Shown: one piece after another, positions 19,907-27,943 of the stretch
How the letters are laid out: each line of letters begins with the position of its first letter
Position numbering within the stretch: position 1 is the stretch's first letter
From: Candidatus Sumerlaeales bacterium
Lineage (GTDB): Bacteria; Sumerlaeota; Sumerlaeia; Sumerlaeales; Sumerlaeaceae
Length of the DNA stretch: 64,000 nt
Assembly (NCBI GenBank): GCA_038243585.1
Contig: JBBSQY010000013.1
Span: 9,098 to 73,097, forward strand
Direction: 5' to 3'
The notes under the pieces: generated by a model
What the model was told of the DNA's origin: nothing
What the model saw: the letters and a program-made list of their open reading frames with translations, nothing else
Database searches by the model: none
Translations under genes and position numbers: made by a program

Positions 19907-21036
19907 GAGACCCGACTTATAGATGGTGTCAGATATTCCGTAACAGCCGCTGTCAGCATGGCCGGCATATGTGTAACTCTTTGATTTTCTGTAATATCCC
20001 TCCCAAACTCGACAACCGCAATTTGACGGTCTACAGCTTCAGCCAATGCGTTTCTGTCTGCAACTCCACAAAATATTGCCGCATGCCCTCCCCGCTCCCG
20101 CGCTAGCAATGCGGCTTCCCAAGTAGCCTTGCCACCCATGCTAGTCGCGTCAAACCTGCCCTCTACAGTCAATAGCGTAGTGCCATCCGAAATGGCATCG
20201 GAGAGGTTTGTTAAGTCAAATACCATACGCGCGCCGCACACCAGAGTAGCACCAACTGCAGCAACGGCGAAACCAAGCCCGCCCGCCGCCCCAGCGCCTG
20301 GCATGGCGCATAATTTCATTCCAGCGCTCCGCTCGATGCGAATACACCAATCACCCATCCATCCCTCCAAGAGTTCAGCCTGATCAGGATCGGCTCCTTT
20401 TTGCGGAGCAAACACTTTAGCCGCGCCGTTAGGGCCGCGCAATGGATTATCGACATCAACGCAGCCGATAATTTCCATGGGAGCAAGCCAGCCACAAAGC
20501 GCTTGAATATCTGGAGAAGGAAGTTCCGGCAAGTCCATGGCGATTCGAGGCTCTGGATATCCCCGTCTGCATTGCCCGCTCAATTCCGCGAGACGCCATA
20601 AAAACCCAGCGCCCCCATCGCAGGTTGCTGATCCTCCCAGGCCAATATATAACTTCTTCACCCCTGCCATACGCGTAGCATAAACTAAATCTGCCACGCC
20701 CGCCGTACCGCTGATCATAACATTACGACGCGATTTTTCCACGAGTTTCAACCCGCTGCATAAAGCAATTTCTATATACGCGGTTTCATTTTCCGAATCG
20801 ATTAAGTAAGGGGCAGAGATGGCATCGCCAAGGGGTCCGGTGCAGGCCGCTTCATTTATGACATAATTGTGACCCTGCCCACACGCTTCCAGAAATCCGT
20901 CGCCACCGTCGCTAATTAAAAAGCCATTGCTCAACGGCTTATTTGAGGCCCTAGCCCCTGCCTCCAAAGCCGCAAGGCTATTAGTGGCAGACATTACTTC
21001 CTTTACAGCATTTCCCGCACATAGGACATGTTTCAT
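19903..21036 (-). CDS. glxK: Glycerate kinase
   Basis: GLGGSATCDGGAGFL motif and overall GlxK-like layout. Start moved to ATG 21036, which has GAGGTG 6 nt upstream. Confidence 0.85.
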   Translation of the reverse strand: MKHVLCAGNAVKEVMSATNSLAALEAGARASNKPLSNGFLISDGGDGFLEACGQGHNYVINEAACTGPLGDAISAPYLIDSENETAYIEIALCSGLKLVEKSRRNVMISGTAGVADLVYATRMAGVKKLYIGLGGSATCDGGAGFLWRLAELSGQCRRGYPEPRIAMDLPELPSPDIQALCGWLAPMEIIGCVDVDNPLRGPNGAAKVFAPQKGADPDQAELLEGWMGDWCIRIERSAGMKLCAMPGAGAAGGLGFAVAAVGATLVCGARMVFDLTNLSDAISDGTTLLTVEGRFDATSMGGKATWEAALLARERGGHAAIFCGVADRNALAEAVDRQIAVVEFGRDITENQRVTHMPAMLTAAVTEYLTPSISRVS

Positions 21037-21173
21037 ACGTTCACCTCTGTTCCGCGTAACTAAGACAACCAAACAACAGAGTTTTGCGGCTGTCCAATTG
21101 TAAAGCACACGCAGCACCTGACAAAAAATTAAAGCGAGCTGTCAAATCTGTAGACAGTTTTTGAAAGTAAACC

Positions 21174-22238
21174 ATGGAAGACGCCGCCATACAAAAAAGC
21201 GACGCGTGGCTTGATCGCTGTGGACCAGATGAACACGTAGCAGTCTCCAGTCGCGCGCGCTACGCACGAAATCTGCCTAGAATCCCCTACCCCATGCGGG
21301 CAGGCGCCGACGATCTACGATTGATAGTGGAAAAAGTTGGGACGGCAATCTCGGAAACGATGCTTTTTCGGGAGGGCATGGCTTTTAATCTTTCGGAGCT
21401 GCCCTCCGCGCACAGGCATTTTCTCAAAGAAAATCATTTAATTTCCAGTGAAATGGAAAAGGGCGGAGCGCACCGCCTTATCTTTCTTAACAACGATGTC
21501 ACGTTGGCCATAATGGTAAATGAAGAGGATCATCTGAGACTCTTTGCATTGGAGCCTGGTTTTCGACTCTCCGATGTTTTAAATAATGTCATAACGCTGG
21601 AGCAGGCGCTGGAGCAGCACTTAGAGTTCGCATTTTCTCCCAAATATGGATTTCTTACTGCTTGCCCGACAAATACAGGAACCGGCCTGCGAGCCAGTGT
21701 ACTGCTCCATCTGCCCGCTCTTGCGTCCACACGCCAACTTGCGGAATTTGTAAAAATGCTGCCTCATAGCGGCCTAACCATTCGAGGCCCTTACGGAGAA
21801 AATAGCGAAAATTTTGGCGACTTGTTCCAAGTAAGCAACGAAGTTACTCTGGGTCGCAACGAGAGCGAAATAATAGAGTCGTTAACAGCAAAGGTCGATC
21901 AGATTATCAGTGCGGAAGAGAGTGCTCGCCGCCAGATTATGGACATAAACAAAGCTCAGGCAGAAGACCAGGTGTGGCGGGCTTGGGGGATTCTGACTAA
22001 TGCACGCATGATTACGACACAGGAAGCTGTGCAAAATCTTAGCAAACTTCGCCTCGGCATTGATCGGCACTGGTTTCCGCAGCTTTCGCACGCGCAGCTA
22101 AATCGCCTGTTGATCCAGGTTCAGCCGGGACATCTACAACTTAAAATGCCTACAGCGGACAGTCAGCAGGAGCGGGATGTGGAACGTGCTAAAATTTTAA
22201 GACACATCCTATTCCTCACTCTTGGTAGCGACTCTTAG
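21174..22238 (+). CDS. mcsB: Protein arginine kinase (ATP:guanido phosphotransferase)
   Basis: MVNEEDHLRL and CPTNTGTGLRASV motifs of phosphagen-kinase-like McsB. Length 354 aa. Confidence 0.88.
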   Translation: MEDAAIQKSDAWLDRCGPDEHVAVSSRARYARNLPRIPYPMRAGADDLRLIVEKVGTAISETMLFREGMAFNLSELPSAHRHFLKENHLISSEMEKGGAHRLIFLNNDVTLAIMVNEEDHLRLFALEPGFRLSDVLNNVITLEQALEQHLEFAFSPKYGFLTACPTNTGTGLRASVLLHLPALASTRQLAEFVKMLPHSGLTIRGPYGENSENFGDLFQVSNEVTLGRNESEIIESLTAKVDQIISAEESARRQIMDINKAQAEDQVWRAWGILTNARMITTQEAVQNLSKLRLGIDRHWFPQLSHAQLNRLLIQVQPGHLQLKMPTADSQQERDVERAKILRHILFLTLGSDS

Positions 22239-22331
22239 CTTCTAGCATAGGTGCGAGTTAAAATAGCATCTTAGACACGAACTAAACATTTCCAGTTGCA
22301 TCTTGTTTTCAATTGGGCACACCCAATCACC

Positions 22332-23324
22332 ATGCGAATATTAGTTGCCGGCGGAGCCGGTTATATTGGAAGCGTCACTGTCGAACACTTGATTGAAGAC
22401 GGCCATGAAATCGTGGTCATAGATAACCTTAGCCGCGGCCACGAAAAAGCTGTGCATCCTGCGGCCAAACTTCACAAGATTGACCTTGCAGACTTGCCGG
22501 CTATTGATTCTGTATTTAAACAATACGAGTTCGACGGCGTTATGCATTTCTGCGCCAGTAGCTTGGTTGGCGAGTCAGTAGTGAAACCTCTTGAATACTA
22601 CAGTAACAATATCTGCGGCGGCTTGAATCTGGTTAATGCAATGGTGACAAACGGCGTCGGCAACCTCGTTTTTTCTTCAACCGCAGCCATTTTCGGAGAG
22701 CCTGAATCCCAGCCTATTACGGAAGACGCTCCTCATGTGCCGCTTAACCCGTACGGCAGGACGAAATTGTGTTTTGAACATCTGCTTAGAGACGTTGAAG
22801 CCGCCCACGGGCTTAAAAGCACTTGCCTTCGCTATTTTAATGCCGCAGGCGCCACAACGCAGCGCGGCGAAGATCACCGTCCGGAAACTCACCTGATCCC
22901 TTTAATCATGGACGCAGCTCGCGGAAAACGAGAATCCATATCGGTGTTTGGCGACGATTACCCCACCGTCGACGGGACGTGCGTTCGCGATTATATCCAC
23001 GTATCAGACTTGGCCCAGGCGCACATTCTGGCGATCACGCACCTTGTCAACAATCCTGCCGCGGCCGGCGACGCGTTCAATCTAGGTAATGGAATGGGGT
23101 TTTCTGTGAGAGACGTAATTAATTCCGTACAGAATGTGACAGGGTTTACGGTTACGGCAATGGTCGCTCCTCGCCGCGCTGGTGACCCCGCAGTTTTGGT
23201 CGCATCGTCGGATAAAATACGTAATGCACTAGGATGGAATCCCAACTACGCCAACTTGGACAGCATCGTTGAGTCCGCCTGGCATTGGGTTCAAAAAAAC
23301 CCGGACGGATACAAAAACAGCTAG
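22332..23324 (+). CDS. galE: UDP-glucose 4-epimerase
   Basis: MRILVAGGAGYIGS Rossmann motif and YGRTK (YxxxK). Start set at ATG 22332. Confidence 0.92.
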   Translation: MRILVAGGAGYIGSVTVEHLIEDGHEIVVIDNLSRGHEKAVHPAAKLHKIDLADLPAIDSVFKQYEFDGVMHFCASSLVGESVVKPLEYYSNNICGGLNLVNAMVTNGVGNLVFSSTAAIFGEPESQPITEDAPHVPLNPYGRTKLCFEHLLRDVEAAHGLKSTCLRYFNAAGATTQRGEDHRPETHLIPLIMDAARGKRESISVFGDDYPTVDGTCVRDYIHVSDLAQAHILAITHLVNNPAAAGDAFNLGNGMGFSVRDVINSVQNVTGFTVTAMVAPRRAGDPAVLVASSDKIRNALGWNPNYANLDSIVESAWHWVQKNPDGYKNS

Positions 23325-23411
23325 TCAGCACCTTGGCAAAAGTTTCATTCTAAATGATAAGTCTTAAAACCGAGCGTGCTTTATTAACTACATATTAAAG
23401 GGAAATATGCC

Positions 23412-25409
23412 ATGACAGAGTCCAGACAATTGCTACCTGTGCGAATCTTAATTGTTACGAGTTGCGCCTTAATCACTTCTGTGTCGTCAGCGGGTGAGAA
23501 TAGTTTAAAGTTATCCGGTTTGTTTTCCAATCACATGGTGCTTCAGCGCGAGCTTCCCCTCAGAATCACAGGCACGTCGACTCCTGGCGACACTGTTAAG
23601 GTCACTCTCAGCGACGTGGCCGACGGCACCGCTGAAGCCAAAGTCACATCAGATGGATCGTGGGACGTGTCGTTACCTGCTCAGAAAGCTGGTGGCCCTT
23701 ATGCAATGACGGTGGCCGACTCTGACGAAACAACTGTTGTACAGGATCTATTAATTGGTGACATTTGGGTATGCAGCGGACAATCGAATATGGATTTTGC
23801 TTTAAAATACAGCCTAAATCCGCAGCCGGAGATCAGCCAGGCGCAAAATAGTAACCTCCGATTTTATCAGGTGCAGCAGAACAAAGCGCTTAAACCGCTG
23901 GAGGATCTAAATCCTGTCTCTCAGTGGAAAGTATGCACGCCAGATACGGCTCCGGATTTTTCGGCTGTGGCATATTATTTCGGTCAGCACATCCAAAGAG
24001 AAATTAATATTCCTATAGGCCTGATCCAGAGCGCCTGGGGTGGCACCAAGGTTGAGTGGTGGACACCGGCAGCGGGTCTTGAGAAATTTGATGCTTATAA
24101 ATCAGACCTTACAGATGTTAAAAATGGAAAAAGCGATGCTCAGCTGGCAAAAGATTACCCGGGCTTGCTCAGCACCTGGATTGCACAGGTTCAAGCTGCC
24201 GATCCGGGGAACTCAGCAGAATCATCATGGGCCGCTTCAGATTTAGATGATTCATCATGGGAAAAGCTAAAAGTGCCCCACGATAAAAGAAAGGGGTATT
24301 TGAGCGAGAATGACGGGACTCTTTGGCATAGACGCTCGTTTACTGTGACTGACTTAGAAGCGGCGATGTCAGCGACTCTAAAGCTGGACTGTATTGATGA
24401 TTTGGTAATAGCTTTTATCAATGGCAAACAAGTAGGAGCCAGCCAATCGGCAGCGGCACGACAATCCTTTAAAATCGCGGAAGGCACTCTTGTAGCGGGA
24501 GAAAATACGATTGCGTTACAAGTTATTAATTTTGGCGGCGCAGGGGGAATTTGTGGTTCTGCTGACGCGTTAAAGATTATATTTTCCGACGCCAAAGCTG
24601 ACAATTCTATTAAACTTGCGGGTGATTGGAAAACAAAGCCGGGAACTGAACTAACAAAATTACCTGCCCCTCCCGCAACCCCGTTGGCTATTCGTCCGAC
24701 CGTATTGTACAATGCCATGATCGCCCCGCTGCAAAGCTTCCCTATTCGCGGGACAATATGGTATCAGGGCGAATCGAACGCAAGCCATGCTGAGGCCCCT
24801 GTTTACGCAGAAATTTTTGGAAACATGATTACCGAGTGGCGAAAAGGCTGGGGCATAGGTGACTTTCCCTTCCTATTTGTTCAACTTGCCAGCTATCGAG
24901 ATCCGTCTAAGGAGCCAGCCGAGTCTTCCTGGGCGCAGTTGCGCGAAGCTCAGGAGGATGTGCTAAGCCAGGTAAAAAATACCGCAATGGCTTCCGCCAT
25001 TGATATCGGCGAAGCTAATGACATTCACCCAAAAAACAAACGGGATGTGGGCAACCGACTTGCCCTCGGTGCACTGGCAATAGCTTATGGCAAACCTGTT
25101 GAACACATGGGGCCGCTATATGAATCGCACAAGATTGATAGCGAAAAAATCGTGCTTAGGTTTTCTCATTCAAAAGATTTAAAAACCTCCGGCAGCCAGG
25201 AAGTTAAAGGCTTTGCCATTGCTGGCAAGGACGGCAAATTCGTTTGGGCCAACGCAATAATCGTTGGCGATACGGTTTCGGTGTCCAGCGACACTATTAA
25301 TCAGCCGATGGCGGTGCGTTATGGCTGGTCTAACTATTCAATCGGCAATCTTTATAACGGTGTCGGTCTTCCCGCTAACCCATTTAGGACTGACAAGCCA
25401 AACCTTTAG
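23412..25409 (+). CDS. Sialate O-acetylesterase-like SGNH esterase with inserted beta-sandwich domain
   Basis: Signal peptide. GDIWVCSGQSNM catalytic Ser block and WYQGESN block. The middle region (WHRRSFTV...INGKQVG...GENTIALQV) looks like a GH2-N/galactose-binding jelly roll. Confidence 0.85.
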   Translation: MTESRQLLPVRILIVTSCALITSVSSAGENSLKLSGLFSNHMVLQRELPLRITGTSTPGDTVKVTLSDVADGTAEAKVTSDGSWDVSLPAQKAGGPYAMTVADSDETTVVQDLLIGDIWVCSGQSNMDFALKYSLNPQPEISQAQNSNLRFYQVQQNKALKPLEDLNPVSQWKVCTPDTAPDFSAVAYYFGQHIQREINIPIGLIQSAWGGTKVEWWTPAAGLEKFDAYKSDLTDVKNGKSDAQLAKDYPGLLSTWIAQVQAADPGNSAESSWAASDLDDSSWEKLKVPHDKRKGYLSENDGTLWHRRSFTVTDLEAAMSATLKLDCIDDLVIAFINGKQVGASQSAAARQSFKIAEGTLVAGENTIALQVINFGGAGGICGSADALKIIFSDAKADNSIKLAGDWKTKPGTELTKLPAPPATPLAIRPTVLYNAMIAPLQSFPIRGTIWYQGESNASHAEAPVYAEIFGNMITEWRKGWGIGDFPFLFVQLASYRDPSKEPAESSWAQLREAQEDVLSQVKNTAMASAIDIGEANDIHPKNKRDVGNRLALGALAIAYGKPVEHMGPLYESHKIDSEKIVLRFSHSKDLKTSGSQEVKGFAIAGKDGKFVWANAIIVGDTVSVSSDTINQPMAVRYGWSNYSIGNLYNGVGLPANPFRTDKPNL

Positions 25410-25656
25410 ATATATAATGCTGCAATTCGCTAAACTTATAGATTTTATATAGGCTACTGTGAAGCAGGCTCTGGCGGTGGAATTAAATTTCTGAAGCGGA
25501 ATAATTACTTTATCATTCATGGCTATGAACTTCAAACCCGCCATATTAATGGCAATAAGTCGCGAGACAGCGCTATCTGCCCCCTATGTTTGTCTTCACA
25601 CCTTGACACTCACATCCCAGCCTCCACCAATATCCCCTTTTAAGGAGACAGTATAA

Positions 25657-26601
25657 ATGTCAGCAACTATGAATCCGCCCCCCACTTCAGGTCGCCCTGC
25701 GGGGTACACCGACCCGATTAACATTGGCGAGGTAGATGATGACGAGAGGCCAGACTGGATCGGTAGCGTTGCTTTTATCAGCGTACACCTAGCCTGCTTT
25801 CTGGTTTTCTATGTAGGCTTCAGTTGGGCAGCGCTTGGTATGATGGTTCTTACTTACGGTGCTAGGATGTTTGGCATCACGGGCGTGTTTCATCGGTATT
25901 TCAGCCATCGCACGTATAAGACCAGCCGTGTCTTTCAATTTATGCTTGGGTGGCTGGGCACTTCTTCAGCGCAGCAGGGACCGCTTTGGTGGGCTGCGCA
26001 CCACCGCCATCATCATCGCCACAGCGATACTGAAGAAGACATCCATTCCCCTCTTCATAAGGGCTTTTGGTTTTCTCACGTCGGTTGGGTAATATGCAAA
26101 AAATACGAAAAAACCAACGTGCAGGCGATCCCCGATTTTGCGAAGTACCCTGAACTGCGTTTCCTGAACAACTATCATATTATTCCGCCGATCGTGCTGG
26201 CGCTAGCTGTATATGGTGTCGGCGCTTTGCTCGAGCGTTATGCACCGTCCCTCGGCACTAATGGTTTCCAGATGCTCGTTTGGGGATTTTTTGTTAGCAC
26301 CACACTGCTATATCACTGGACATTCTGTATCAATTCCCTCGCCCATGTGTGGGGTAAGCGCCGCTTTCAAACGTCCGACACCAGCAGGAATAACTGGTGG
26401 CTCGCCATTATGACCCTTGGCGAAGGATGGCACAACAACCACCACCACTGCCCCTATAGCGAACGTCAGGGCATGTATTGGTACGAGATTGATATATCTC
26501 ATTACATCTTAAAAGGATTGGCGGCAGTAGGTCTCGTGTGGGACTTGCAAACCCATCCAAAAAGCGTGTACGAACAGATTGAAAAGAAGAACGCTGCATA
26601 G
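25657..26601 (+). CDS. Membrane acyl-CoA/acyl-lipid delta-9-type fatty acid desaturase
   Basis: Three His boxes: HRYFSH, HHRHHHRHSD and HNNHHH. AAGGAG Shine-Dalgarno sits upstream. Confidence 0.9.
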   Translation: MSATMNPPPTSGRPAGYTDPINIGEVDDDERPDWIGSVAFISVHLACFLVFYVGFSWAALGMMVLTYGARMFGITGVFHRYFSHRTYKTSRVFQFMLGWLGTSSAQQGPLWWAAHHRHHHRHSDTEEDIHSPLHKGFWFSHVGWVICKKYEKTNVQAIPDFAKYPELRFLNNYHIIPPIVLALAVYGVGALLERYAPSLGTNGFQMLVWGFFVSTTLLYHWTFCINSLAHVWGKRRFQTSDTSRNNWWLAIMTLGEGWHNNHHHCPYSERQGMYWYEIDISHYILKGLAAVGLVWDLQTHPKSVYEQIEKKNAA

Positions 26602-26625
26602 CCAGCGCTAGTTGACAAGAAGCTA

Positions 26626-26656
26626 GCCCCGAGCCATCACAGCTCGGGGCTTTTTG
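26626..26656 (+). terminator. Rho-independent terminator (between convergent genes)
   Basis: GCCCCGAGC / GCTCGGGGC 9-bp stem with a 7-nt loop, followed by TTTTTGTT. Confidence 0.8.
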
Positions 26657-26662
26657 TTATCA

Positions 26663-27694
26663 TTATGACTTCTTCAGCGTCACAGTTTTGCCAGTTTCAA
26701 GCGATTCGACTTCGGCTGCAATTGCGGCTACGGAGTCTAAAGCCTGCGCTCCTGTTGAAATTTTCGGAGCTTGCTTCTTTTCCAAGCAGTCCACAAAATA
26801 AGTCAGTTCATTCAGGTAACCTCCTAGATCGCTGATATTACCAACCACCGGTCCTGCTGAACTCACTTTTGGTTGCTTGAGCGCAATATCCTTTGGCGCT
26901 TTTGCCCCTGCAGTCAAACGCAAAGACGGCTGCTTCGTAGATTCAAAGTCCAATACGGCGTTCTCAAAAATTGCTTCCCAGCCCATGCTGAACGCGTGCT
27001 TTACCGGGTAATTCCAGCCGCCGTCTGCCACAACTGCGATGTCTTTGTAATGATAAGTAGTAAAAACGTGGGCCCAGCCGGAAAAATCCTTCGTTCCCAC
27101 TGAAGTTACGGCTGTTGGCTTTCCAAAAAGATGTAGCGCATAATCAGTATCGTGGATGTGAAGGTCGTAGACTGCACCGCCGGAAAGCTTCGGGTTCTGC
27201 AGCCAATTGCTGGCACTGTAGGTTGGCCGGCTGGAACGCCGATGCATAGACAGGCTCAGTAGCTTGCCGTATTTCTTTTCCTTAATCACCGCTTCCAGAT
27301 ACTGGTATTCCGGCCAGAAACGTATGCAATGACCCACCATCAGATAAATTCTTTTGCGCCGCGCGGCCTCGACCAGCTTACGCCCTTCTTCAACGGTGGG
27401 AGCAAACGGCTTTTCGCAAAAAAGGTGCTTACCCGCAGCCACGACTTCAAGACCAACCGGCACATGAAGATCCGTAGGCAAACAGATATCAACAGCGTCC
27501 ACTTCTTCATTAGAAAATAGTTCTGAGAGAGATGGATAAACTTTTGTTTCAATACCCATTTTTTTTAATGATTTTAGAGCATTGGCAGGGACTTGGTCTA
27601 CGACGGCCACAAGATGCGCATTTTTGATTGCCTGGTAGCATCTTGCATGCATCTGCCCCATAAATCCGAATCCTACAATTGCGACTTTTTGCAT
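26663..27694 (-). CDS. Gfo/Idh/MocA family NAD(P)-dependent oxidoreductase
   Basis: MQKVAIVGFGFMGQMH Rossmann N-terminus and EKP motif (LFCEKPFA). Start set at ATG 27694. Confidence 0.85.
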   Translation of the reverse strand: MQKVAIVGFGFMGQMHARCYQAIKNAHLVAVVDQVPANALKSLKKMGIETKVYPSLSELFSNEEVDAVDICLPTDLHVPVGLEVVAAGKHLFCEKPFAPTVEEGRKLVEAARRKRIYLMVGHCIRFWPEYQYLEAVIKEKKYGKLLSLSMHRRSSRPTYSASNWLQNPKLSGGAVYDLHIHDTDYALHLFGKPTAVTSVGTKDFSGWAHVFTTYHYKDIAVVADGGWNYPVKHAFSMGWEAIFENAVLDFESTKQPSLRLTAGAKAPKDIALKQPKVSSAGPVVGNISDLGGYLNELTYFVDCLEKKQAPKISTGAQALDSVAAIAAEVESLETGKTVTLKKS

Positions 27695-27943
27695 TGGTTT
27701 CCTTTGTGCTGGACGTGTGACAATGGCGTCAGCTTTTTTATAGTGGTATGCGAATTGATTACTTAAGAGCGCTTGCCAACACATGATTACAAGTAATAAC
27801 GGAAACCGCTACTTCGTGAGAGATTCAGAATAGCTTAAGTTCCGCCACCGGAATTTTTCGCGCAGTTAAAGACGCTTTGACCAAACCTTTTCCGATGCAG
27901 GCTCGTCTGTACTTTATCATCTACATAAATGAGGGTACTTAAA

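Noticed and set aside
24191-24718. 175-aa antisense ORF inside the sialate O-acetylesterase gene. Similar antisense ORFs occur at 28010-28486, 57158-57773, 41318-41705 and 13094-13564.
   Set aside because: All are nested opposite genes with clear family motifs, and none has a motif of its own.
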